DNA of 58,526 nt, filler included, from Sphacelaria rigidula (Eukaryota), in the NCBI GenBank assembly GCA_964200075.2. It is 8 parts of 8 records of this genome, joined end to end, with 100 filler letters (N's around TTAATTAATTAA, not from the genome) between each part and the next. Parts side by side here need not be neighbours in the genome. Positions count along the whole stretch, not along the records: positions 7,330 to 14,558 come from CAXNAA020015856.1; positions 14,659 to 21,886 come from CAXNAA020015857.1; positions 21,987 to 29,214 come from CAXNAA020015858.1; 5 more parts are not named here. One strand, 5' to 3'. The position numbers and the translations under genes were made by a program. Position 1 is the stretch's first letter; each line of letters begins with the position of its first letter. Below, in pieces: positions 11,073 through 22,490 of this stretch. Below the pieces are notes generated by a model that was not told the DNA's origin, did no database searches, and was given only the letters and a program-made list of their open reading frames with translations.

Positions 11073-11913
11073 GAAGACACGGCCTGAAGTTGGAGTACAT
11101 TTAATATGAGCGAGGTCGTTATTTGGAGATGACGTGTGTATTTGTGATTCATACGATTGGCTCGATTACGGGTCATTTTTGCTGCGGTGGATAGAGGTCG
11201 GTTCATTTTCCCGGTATATAGTGCCCAAAATTGGGCCCCATTCACGGGCATAAATGTACGCATACAGCGTGGCTGAGGGCGCGTGTCCGTGATTTGTACA
11301 GGAGGATGCGAAAGCGAAGCGAGCACCGTGCACACAGACATCGCAGGACTATCTGTTGTATACGCTCTGCTTACAATACGACGTGAAAAGGACTTGAAGA
11401 ACTTGCAGCTTCGTACTGCTTACACTGTGTACTGTTGTTCATGAGCGTGCACGCGGATCGGTCGGCCACCCCACCATTCATGTCTTCGAGTCGCCGACCC
11501 CTACCATCAAAGAAGATGCCCAAGCTCTCGTCAACAAAAAATGAACACTCTATAACCAACCACTGTAGTGTATCTATGCCTGTGCTCAACTCGTGCTCTG
11601 TGCTGCTGGGTTGCGGTGGTAGCTGAGATTGACTCGTGTGGGGCTTGCATGGTCCTGTGAACGGGTGGTATCTGGCGTGGTGTTCTGGCAAGATAGCAGT
11701 CCAGTGCCCCTTCGTACAATCCGCCCGCGTGTTTTCGATCGAAAAAGCTTTTAGTCGTAGCTCCATCCTTCTTTTCTTCTTGTCCGCGCGCCACTAATGA
11801 TGAAAGATATTTTAAGCCAGCTAGGAGCAAAACTGCCATGGACCCATCAGACGGAAAATTTTCTTGTTCACCGCACTTGTTCAATCGAATACAATGTGCA
11901 AAGACACACCCGT

Positions 11914-12094
11914 AGCCCGTATCGTATCGAGACGAAAAAATAAAAGAAAAAAAACGCGAAAGGCACAAGGGTTCAAAGCAACATGTTGATTGATCGGTGG
12001 GGGGGTCTTTGGTTGCGGCGAGTGATCAACATGCAGCTTTTGAACGCTTGTTCCCTTTCACGCTATTTTTTTCGATCCCGATGAGACACGGGCT
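11914..12094. mobile_element. Diverged fold-back MITE
   Basis: AGCCCGTATCGTATCG ... CGATGAGACACGGGCT ends, with an internal GTTCAAAG..CATGTTGAT / ATCAACATG..CTTTTGAAC inverted pair. Confidence 0.55.
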
Positions 12095-12811
12095 TTAGGG
12101 CGTGTCTTCGCACTTTTTTTTCGATCGAAAAAGCGCGGTCGATTTTTTTTCTTGCCGATCTCATGGGTCCACCGCATTCATGTCCCTTGTTGGCTTCAAC
12201 TTATTCTTACAATTAGCAAAGCGCGGTGAAGAAGTATCTGAGACAAAAAAAAACCATCGTCTTCAATCCAACACATACAGTCGGAAGCCACGAAGCGGCG
12301 CCTGACTACCATCATACAAACCACCACGCCAGATACCACCCGTTCACGGAACCATGAAACCTCCATCCAACTCATTCTCAGCTATCGCCGCAACCCTGCA
12401 GCATAGAGCACGAGTTGAGCACAGGGATAGATACAATGCAGTTGTTGGGTATACGTTGTTTATTTTTTGTTGGCGAAAACTTGCGCATCTTCTTTCATGG
12501 GAAGGATGAGCAACGGAAGTGCGTGGTACGGTGATCAACCGAGTTGCGTACACGCTCATGGGCAGTGCAGGCAGTACACAGCTGCACGTTGTCCTAGTCC
12601 TTTACACATCGCATTGTAAGCAGAGAGAACTGATGGTTCTGCACACCCTAGACAATAGACGGCATCTGTTGCAGGGACGGTATTGGAAAGGCGAGCCTAC
12701 GTCTGTGACCACGGGCTCGCGAGATCGGACTAATGTGCGGAAATAATGATGATAATTGCAATAGTAATATAACCTGGTGCAGTACATGCCAATATCGCTC
12801 GGTTAGGACGA

Positions 12812-12955
12812 ATCATCACGCGTTCGAATTACCAAAGCCACGATTTCTCTGGCCTGATTGCCCAAAAGGGAGAAAAAAATGACTGCTGGTCCAAGGGATT
12901 TCCACGTAATTTTTGCGCCATTCTACGTCTCTGGGCTGCGTGTACCTGGGTTGCA
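12812..12955. repeat. Dispersed repeat, inverted homologue of ~38760-38908; partial match at 43971-44010
   Basis: GAGAAATCGTG..TTTGGT..TTCGAAC and ATGGCGCAAAAATT blocks are shared. Confidence 0.65.
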
Positions 12956-13786
12956 ACGCTGAAAACAAAGCCTAGGGATTGATTCGTACAATTCGAATCA
13001 ACTACACTAAAACCAAGTAATTTCCAGACGAATCATTGATTTGTCCGACCCTCGCAATATTGTCGTCCGTAATGGTCATCGATCGGCAAGTTTCTCTTTT
13101 TATATCGTCGGTCGCAACATCTATCGATAGACCAGCTTCCCACACTTTTGTCCGGGCAGCAGGCTGTTGTGACCCTACGCCGAAATCTATCGCGGCGGAC
13201 CAAATGTATCGATCGATAGTTTTCCAAATCTATTGATGATAGCAATTGCTATCGATAGAGTGCGTGCCAAAACTATTTGATGACGACGACGACCTTGGAC
13301 GGATTGTATACCGAATGTATTGATGGCGGCAATTGCTATTGATATATTGCGTACAAAATCCATGCATGGTGGCGATGGATATCGATAGATACATACCAGA
13401 ATCTACTGTGGTATATGATGCCTACCGATAGATATTCTCTGTCGTCTATTGCCGCACCTACATATTACAACATACTGCGTATAGAGCATATTATACTCCG
13501 CTCAAGTACGGTAGAGAAGCCGCAGGTGGACATGCAGTGGGTATATGATGATACAGTACTACTTGTGAAGAAAATGGCGTCGCGTTTGTACAATTTTGAA
13601 ACGCTTGTATTTTGTAGGCATCCACGATATGTGATGACGAAAGTTCACAAGTTTTGTTGTTGGTGTGGTGTTGGTACTTTTGATCGCCCCTCTCATGGCC
13701 ATGAGCGCTTACAGTACTTTCGCGTGTGAGAGAGATGTGCTTATACCCTGGACGATAGACTATGTAATAGAACATTGACGCTGCAA

Positions 13787-14096
13787 TGTGTGTTGTCGTC
13801 CCGTTTATTCTGGACGCCAGTCTACACCTTTCGGTATATGTGGGCGCTCTAGCCGGGGTCACACAGGAGGGAGGTCAACACAGGAGCTTTTTTCTTTTTT
13901 CTTTGTTTTTAGTACCCCACCTTCCTTCTGCGGTGCTTGCCTTTTTTTTTTATCCCAATGGGGGTTCAGCAGTCCCTTTCCCTCGTCGACCGTTAAGTCG
14001 AATGTTGTGTACCCATGACCGTTAAGTCGAATTGAACCCACGACCCGACCGTCAGAAGGTTTCGAGGTTCCCAACTGAGCAACCGGGGCGACCGGC
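13787..14096 (-). mobile_element. Same SINE family, copy with an internal deletion/duplication
   Basis: Reverse-complement match to 4294-4642, including the head (CCAACTGAGCAACCGGGGCGACCGGC). Confidence 0.85.
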
Positions 14097-14488
14097 TCTT
14101 GGCGTTGCAGTAGTCCCACAATTTTGACTGTCAATGTTCATTGTCGGTCATAATCGACTGACATCAATGTCTATCGATAGCTATTGTAGGGGACACTTGA
14201 AAGATACCCAAAAATGTACTGTTGGCGGCAGAGGCTACCGATAGATAGCTCCACAAATCCATTGATGGCGATAATTGGGATTGATGGATGAATCACCAAA
14301 TCTATTAATAGAGGCAATAACTATCGATGGATGGCTCACCACACCTGTTGATGACGGCAATGGGTATCGATGTATACATCCCAGAATCTATTGCGGTACG
14401 GGATTTCCATCGATGGCGAGTGATATGTATTTAGTGTAATTTCCATAGGCTATTGATCGACTATTGCAACATCTATTGTCCTTTGCAA

Positions 14489-14558
14489 CCGGTTGCCCCG
14501 GTGGCTCAGTTGGTAACCTCGTAACCTTCTGATGGTTGAGTAGGGGTGTTCGATTCCC
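14489..14558 (+). mobile_element. SINE head, cut by the contig end
   Basis: CCGGTTGCCCCGGTGGCTCAGTTGGTAACCTCG...GTTCGATTCCC. Confidence 0.75.
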
Positions 14559-15302
14559 NNNNNNNNNNNNNNNNNNNNNNNNNNNNNNNNNNNNNNNNNN
14601 NNTTAATTAATTAANNNNNNNNNNNNNNNNNNNNNNNNNNNNNNNNNNNNNNNNNNNNGACACAAATTAAAAAAGAGAAAGGAAGGAGAAGAGCAGAAAG
14701 GAGGGGAGGGGAGAAAGGGGGGGGGGGGGGGGGGTGAAAACAATAAAAGAAAAAAAAATAGAGCAAAATATTAGTGCTCATCTTGGCCAGCATCATCATA
14801 TTGCTGTTAGCTTGAATACAGCGGCACCCGTTAAAATGCAGCAGCGCCCAACGACCGACCGACAAAGCGGCATATGCTTTACAGACGGACCGAAACTCTC
14901 CAAATATGGTCAACTCAGATGTCAGCCAATACAATCACTTTTGATTCACCATCTGTTACGCTCTACACGGTTCGCACCGGATCTGTGAGCGACACTGACG
15001 CAACTTCTCCATAAACACAAATACGAGTAGGAGAAAAAAATGTCCATTCACCTTCACCTTCTGTTCGATTGACCGAATTGCACCATTATTAGAGGCCACA
15101 GCAATGTTTCTGGTCGTCTTTTCCGTCCGTACCAGGACAAATGGACAGGGGCTTTCAACGGCTTCAGGGCATTTGCCATCTTGGGGCCAGCCTTGCATCG
15201 TGGACGACAGTGTTCAACAGTCGGCGAGGGATAGGATTTCGAAGCATCCCATACTTCCATCACTAGGGGATGATGTACTATATACCCCGTGCGGCACTAA
15301 AG

Positions 15303-15867
15303 ATATATCCCACACGTCGGACAGCTCATGAGCCACCTAAAATAACCAGGGCTATACACGTTACACGTACCATAGCGTTACACGTTACGTTCACGTGAAT
15401 ATTTTTTTTACGTGATAAACGTAACGTAAACGTTATGTTAAATTTTCAAATGTAACGTGAACATAACGTTAATCTTTTTTCACGTGATGAACGTAACGTG
15501 AACGTAACGTGAACGTAACGTGAACGTAACGTTAAATTTTCAAATGTAACGTTAACGTAACGTTATATTTTTTTTACGTGACACACGTCACGTAACGTGA
15601 ACGTATGACTTGTGACGTGTATAGCCCTGAAAATAACTAATCGAAGAGGACTCTCAGATCCGTGGCCCAAGAACACAGCATAAATGACAGCGGGGTCCGA
15701 AAAGTCTTAGCGCTACCTTCACGCTCCTCCGTGTGCTCAACGTCTCGTCGTTGTTGGGAGAAAATTTGGAAAAGGGGGCCAAATGAGCTAGCTCATGATG
15801 CGGATCGGTACTCTATTAACAAGCAATATTTAGATAGCTCATGAGCTGTCCGACGTGTGAAATATAT
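15303..15867. mobile_element. Host MITE interrupted by the hAT-type MITE
   Basis: Inverted ends CACACGTCGGACAGCTCATGAGC / GCTCATGAGCTGTCCGACGTGTG, with ATATAT just outside each end. Confidence 0.75.
15347..15629. mobile_element. hAT-type MITE built from ACGT-rich subrepeats; relatives at ~27088-27310 and ~28390-28750
   Basis: 15-bp TIR CAGGGCTATACACGT / ACGTGTATAGCCCTG with a perfect 8-bp TSD AAAATAAC (15339-15346 and 15630-15637). Confidence 0.9.
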
Positions 15868-17209
15868 TCACACACGAATAGCTGATTGATTGGATTATTG
15901 TAACGCATCAACTGATCCCCGAGAGACCCGGTCATGGTCATTATCCACACAATGGGCTTTGGCAAGGTAAACGGGACGGAAACACATGTTGAAAAAATAA
16001 GCGAAGAACACAGAAAGAGGAGATAAAACAGAGGAGTGTTGAAAAAAAAAAAAAGACGAACAAAACAGAGACCAGAAACAAAAACGACAAGATGACCGGC
16101 CTCTGCAACATTGCTTCGAAGGTGGACAAGGTGTTGCGCAAAAAAACACGTGCAATGTTAACGTGGTGACGAAGTAAGTAAACCCACCGGTACCATATCT
16201 AAGCATCAACCCATTTTTTTTCCCTTCCCTTCATCCCCCCTTCCCTTTTTTCTCCATTTATTTTTGTTCTGCTTGTTGTTGTATCCGTGAGCTCTGCTGG
16301 ACATGTATATATATATATATATATATTCTTGTGAGTACCAGGGTAGTCCACAAGTCATACACATGTCCACAACCGCGACGGGACCATATGTCCCTCGGTA
16401 TAGTTCCCAAGAATATCTTACGGATCCCTCCGCTCCGTTCCATGAGTGTTCATGTCTCCGGCATAGTTCAGGGAACGTTTGCTCTGAAACACTAGTCTGT
16501 TCTCTCGGGTCATTGTCTACCCCGTCCCCGCAGTAATAGTCATACTCCAACTCGAGGTGGCACCTATCCCGGTGCTCTCTCGAAGCACTTCTCCTCTCGA
16601 CCCTGGAGTCTCCCCACAAAAGAACGAACTGTCTAGGCACGTCCCACGGCCAAGTCCGTGGCTTCCCGAGACCACCACTCCCACACGTAGAGGTAGTAGC
16701 CTCATTGCCTTTATTTGTATTTCTCCTTCGTTGAAATTTCTTCAGTCAGCCTTTCCGTTCGGTTTGTTTACCTTGGGGGCACACGCCTGATGTCGTGACG
16801 AAATGTGCGACAATCGGAAACCAACCAGTTAATCCCTACCTATCGCTGTCATTCACGGGTCTCGTACGTGCGTATGTGACGTTGATATGCATCATCCATG
16901 GCAGTGGGTGCAGCTCCTCCCCCCCCCCCCCACCCTCCCACCCTCTTAACGTCACTCGTCACTTTGTTGTGTGTGATGTATGAAAGAAACGTAAGGAGAG
17001 CCCAAATGTTTGAGGAGTCTAGTACTAGGAGTACGAACAGTGCTCCGTCTCGGAAGGGGATGCGTGGTCAATGGTCAAACGACTGAGGCAAGCAACAAAT
17101 GAGTACCCCCCCCCATCACCCCCTCGTCCTTCACTCGTCAAAGGTGGAGCTCCCGGCGGGATGATACTTCTTCAGAGAGCTCGTAACACGGAATTTTACA
17201 AATTGGAGA

Positions 17210-17590
17210 TGGATTTTTTATTGGGGATGCGAACCCGGAGGAGTAAAATCTCCATATCCAAACCAAATATTTGAAATACGGTTCCATTTTTTCCCTTGCT
17301 GTCAGCTAGTGACAACTACTGCACACCATGACAATTTGGATTTCGATAACCGAAATGTTGGGCCGTGGTGAAAAAACAATTTTGGGGAATTTTGATGATC
17401 CGATCGGATGCCGGAATTGATTTTTCACCCAGGACCCCAACATTTCGGTTATCGAACTCCAAGTTTGTACGGCGTGCGATAGTTGTCAATAGCTACCAGC
17501 AAGTGAATAAATGGGATCATATTTCGAACATTTGGTGCGGAAACGAAGATTTCAATTCTCCGGGTTATCATCCCCAATTGGTAAAATCCC
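17210..17590. mobile_element. Fold-back element with ~160-bp diverged inverted arms
   Basis: CGATAACCGAAATGTTGGG / CCCAACATTTCGGTTATCG and ATTGGGGATG / CATCCCCAAT pairs; homologous to 34165-34793. Confidence 0.75.
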
Positions 17591-17692
17591 GTGCTTCTTT
17601 ACTTTCCTGCAGGTGGTGATGATTCATCTCTCCCGCGTATTCATGTTTGGAAACAAGCGGGCCAAAAAAAGACACGCAATATTCCGCCCCAC

Positions 17693-18479
17693 CTCTGCGA
17701 GCAGCTTCACCATCGTCTCAAACGAAGCCCGCGCGGACATGACGGCATCGGTCCTCCTACCGGTGCTCCGCATCACTCTCCACCACCGCTGCAGGAGATC
17801 ACAACGAACGGAACGAACGCCGAACAAAGAGCGTCACGCCAAGTCACGTCGGCCACCAAAAAACGCCGACGCCATCGGTGAACGCCAATACCTCCGGTCG
17901 AAGTCAACGCATGTCTTTCAGCCGACGCTTTTGCATACTCTGGACAAGGAGTCATTACGTTGTCCAAACGTGTGACGCGTACAGTATTGACTATTGCGTC
18001 CATTGTAAATAGATAGTAGATTCCATTCTGTACGCAGTACGTTTTTTATTGAAATGATCTACTGTCCAGGGTGTGTGCGATTTCATCTTTCTGTACGAAC
18101 ACCATTTCAGTGAACGTCAGCACAGGTCAATGAATGGAGGCCAACGGGCCGAGCCCCCGGTTGTCTAATGGTCCAACTGAGACCATTAGGACGGAGAGAA
18201 CGCGGGTTTCAATTCCCGCCGGAGGCGTTGGGGGTATTTCTTCGAGGTATCGGATTTCAGTAGCTGAAAGCGTGACGGCGCGAGTAGAAAAACTAGTTAT
18301 ACAACTGACGTTGTTTGACGAGGGTCGACACGGTGCGGGAGTGCTGGTCATGGTCCAATCCACACGACCAACATGCAAGACTGACATGCAAGGCGTGTAT
18401 CGCGGGAGAGATAGATGGGTTGATCTCTTGAGGCCACGGACTCATGCCGAGGAACGAGAGGAGTTGGAAGCGTGACGAA

Positions 18480-18552
<73 letters not shown>

Positions 18553-21431
18553 GAAAATTCACGATATTAAATTAAATTAAAAAACTAAAAAAATCGAAAA
18601 TTCACAATCCAAAAAATCAAATATTAAAAAATGAAAAATTTTAAAATAAAAAATAAATTAAATGGATCGATGTTTAGCACCGTCGAGTCGTCGTGAATAC
18701 CATCCGCGACGTTTAATGTCTGTCAGCCGATGGTAAGGCCGCCCAATGAACGTGTTACGTAAAGTTATGCTAACGCCATCCAGTCAGTTTTGGTTGACTG
18801 CCACACAGTCGATGTTAACACAATTAGGCAAACGTTCAATGCCGCTCAGTTAAGGCTCTGCGCCACCAGGTCAACTTTGATGTCATGCGGCTAACGTTGA
18901 ACCCATTCAGCCAACCTTAAACCCATCCAATCAAAATTATCAAGGAAGATCAATAAATATGAAATGAAAATTCAGCCAACGTTCAGCGCCATCCAGTCAA
19001 GTCTTCACGACATCTGTTCAATTTTGATGTCATGCGGCTGAGGCAAAGCCATTCAGTCAACATCAAGGCCGTGCAGTCAACATTCAACGCAAATCAGCAA
19101 ATGTTGATTGCGAATCAGCCAACGTGAATACCATTCTGCCAATGTGCAATGCCCTTCAGTCAAGGCATTACGCTGTAAGGTCAACTTGAACTCCATGCAG
19201 CTAACCGTAACGTCATTCGTCCACGTTAAGATCATCCAGTCAAACATTTACGAAAATTAGCAAATATTAATGAAGGCCCATCAGTCGACATGACCGGCTG
19301 CTACTTGGCCAACATGATAATGCCGAACAGTCAACTTTCAACGTAAAATCATCAAATGCTTGTCAACGCCATTTTAGTCCGCGGTTACAATCACGACGTG
19401 TCGTCAAAGTCAGAATATCTTTTCAGGCTGAAAGTCAGCTAGAGTTTGCAAACAAAAGCAGTAGAGTATCAACCGGCATTGGGCTACAAACGTCCATGGT
19501 TGATAATTACTTCATTTGAGTGCATACAACGAGAACCGGATCTTTAGTAGGGCTGACGGTCCCGTGTACTCCTCGCGTGTGCAGAACGCGTTTTCGTTGA
19601 AATCGGCGCCTACCAAGGCCGCACTTTGCTTAGGGAAAACTGTGCACTGCCCTTGCCCGTGGGTTCTCGGTATGCGTTGGGTTGGGGCTGGGGTTTTGGG
19701 GGTGACGATACTTGCAAAATTGTGTCAACCATAGACATCTGGAGCCCAACCGCCGGTTAACTAGCCTCAACAAAAGAGTCATAAAAGCACTGTATGTTGG
19801 GTGTTCCATCCACGGTCGATTTTGGAGTATGACCGGGTCGCTGCCGTGGGAAGCGATATGAATTACCTACATTCAGCTAACGTACGATAGTTGAGTCATC
19901 CCATGGAAGGAGTTGCACCTTCAGGCCCAGGTCTTTCTCATTGAGGGGCTCCTGAAGACAGGGGACTATACAAGAATATGTGTCAGGGAATGCCCATTTT
20001 AAAAATCAATTCGAGAAATTCCTAGCGCATCGGAAATGCCAAACGTGGCGTGCTCCCACACATTCCATACGTCGATTTTTGAATGAGATAATGGGCAAGT
20101 TACACCTGAGCAATATTTTGCTCGCCCCTACCGTGACATGACTCATTTAGTCATGTGTACCAGTTATGATCCGCCTGGGGGTCGGAGCGGAGGATGACAA
20201 AAAAACTAGCGTTGGCCTTCTCGGTTGCTCATACGTACGGTGTTTGGCCCAGGACGTGTCTGCACAGGTTAACCGTGTATGAGCGAGACTCTGAGAGGGG
20301 TCCAGCGAGCGACATCACCGCTCGAGCGCGGCTACGGGCGTCTCTGAAGGCCCGCGGAGCTGGAGAGCAATGGTTAGGAAAATTTTCTCAGTAGGCTTCA
20401 CTGAAGAACCAACACACAGCCACATCACTTTGACCGACCTCTGTGGCGCATGGACGATGCCTCGCAGCTGGAGCATCATATCTTCAAGCACTTGCTCTCG
20501 AAAAATGCAATTTGCCCGCAAGTTTTTGATACATAGACTGGCCGCACGTGAAGCCTTCAAGCATTGTAGCTCACGACAACGAAATGAGGGGTTTTGGCGC
20601 TCTGCGTCTTTGGTGCGTCTACTGTTATGGTTTCTACCGATTTTTACGTGTATGTTGGAAGGAGCAAAAATACGTGCTACTGGGATGGTCAGTCGGTTCA
20701 TCCCCTTGAGGCGGGAAAATCAGTGCAAGAACCCAACACAAAAATATCATCAATACGCTCTGGACACCATGGGTCAACAGCTATTGAATGTAAGGAGTTA
20801 GTTAGCCTCTCGGGTACGCGACGTCCTCAATTGCAATACCTCGATCAGTAAGCAATTGCGATGGGGCGGGCGGTGAACATTTTTCGGGGCGGACATTGTT
20901 GTTGTTGTTGTTGTTGTTGTCTTCACATTCAAAACCGCCCCGATATCTCCACAGTACCCTTATTTCCGTCCTGGCCATCTGATACAGACCCCTTCCGTGG
21001 TCACAAGCTAACTTCCCCAAATCAGGTAGAAGAACAATCAAACGTTCGGTAGGTGCGAATGAGACACGTGAACTTAGCACACACCCTGAAAACACACAAT
21101 GAAGTCCGCATTTGAGGGGCAAAGCTAATTCTCAAGTATTTTGTGCACAGGTCTTGCCGCGGCATTTTCAAACTGCCTCGCGCCCAAAGTGTTGAAGGGA
21201 GAAAATTGACCCTACCACGATAGTGCGTCGGTACTTTTTCTTTTTTTTATACCTGTATTTTCTCGGTTGCTTCATCCTTTGCCTCATCGTCGGAGAACCC
21301 GGGGGTACAGAGTTTACCACCGTCGGCATCACCGTTGTCGTCTTCAAACGCCCCCGTGTTGTAGATAGGCGAGGACAACCTCCGTAGAAGCTTCGACGCA
21401 TCCTCGTCTTGGACTTCCCCCGTTCCTCCGC
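17693..21431 (-). CDS. Candidate exons of an uncharacterised gene (clearest: 21431-21253 and 17788-17693)
   Basis: Open, GC-rich segments bounded by CAG and GT: GGTGEVQDEDASKLLRRLSSPIYNTGAFEDD...EKIQ and RWWRVMRSTGRRTDAVMSARASFETMVKLLAE. No domain recognised and exon linkage is unproven. Confidence 0.35.
18480..18552. repeat. (AAT)n microsatellite, ~24 units
   Basis: Directly visible; it produces the spurious poly-Leu ORF. Confidence 0.95.
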
Positions 21432-22193
21432 CTGTATATACAGTCCAGTGCAGCACAAGCAGCACATGAGCCGCAAAGGAACTCTTGGATACAGGCACTA
21501 TTAAACAGTATCAACACAGGTAAGCCAATAACCGAGTACCATTAGAGGATGGCAATACCTTCAGGTTACCCACGGTGGGGCAAATCTCTCAGTTCCGGCG
21601 CCATCGTCCACCTTCAACCTCCCCCCCGCCGCTGCTTTTTGGCGTACTTCGTCCCGGCTTTGTGGGGATGCGAGGTTGATGACCGTATGACTTCGGCATG
21701 CAAGATCATGAATACCCCCCCCTGCTTTTTGGCTTTGAACGAATAATGTAGATACTCCCAAAAACCATCGTGGAACTACTCCGAAATGCCTCTGCAGCCC
21801 CTGCACATGTCAGCTAACAATACGAGACACTTTCTACGATAGCCCTCCCCCAAAACCAGCCCAAAAGTGTCACGAAAAAAATGGCCNNNNNNNNNNNNNN
21901 NNNNNNNNNNNNNNNNNNNNNNNNNNNNNNTTAATTAATTAANNNNNNNNNNNNNNNNNNNNNNNNNNNNNNNNNNNNNNNNNNNNGGGTTCTCATCCTC
22001 AATGAAAAGCACCATCCTCAACATAGATGATCGGCTGTTCCACAGAGAGGAGCCTAGTCTGCTTCTCAGATTCGCTTGGCTCCGAGGTTTCGAGACTTGC
22101 CGCTGAATGAAAGTTCGTGCGCAAAAATTTGTGCTTACCGACCCCCGCAAGTTTGCCCTCGAGGAAAAATCTGCTTGCCATAACATCCGGCCT

Positions 22194-22490
22194 GATCTGA
22201 GATTTTTTCTCACACCATACCCAACAACAGTGGAGAGCGACTGTGTTGTGGGTACAAAAAAAAAACGACGTGGCGGTCGACGAGGGAAACGGACTGCTGA
22301 AAACCCCTCTCCTCGCGATAAAAAATAAAGGCAAGCACCGCGGAAGGAAGGTGGGGCTACTAAAAGCAAATAAATGAAAAAAAACTCCTGCGTTACCCTC
22401 CCTCCTGTGTGACCCCGGCTGGTGCGTCCACATATATACACCAAAAGGTATAGACTGGCGTCCATAACAGATGAGACGACAACACACTGA
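22194..22490 (+). mobile_element. SINE copy lacking the tRNA head (5'-truncated)
   Basis: Body match from GATCTGAGATTTTTTCTCACACC to TAGACTGGCGTCC..GACGACAACACAC. Confidence 0.8.

Noticed and set aside
18293..18562. Poly-Leu membrane protein ORF
   Set aside because: It is a translation of the (AAT)n microsatellite.
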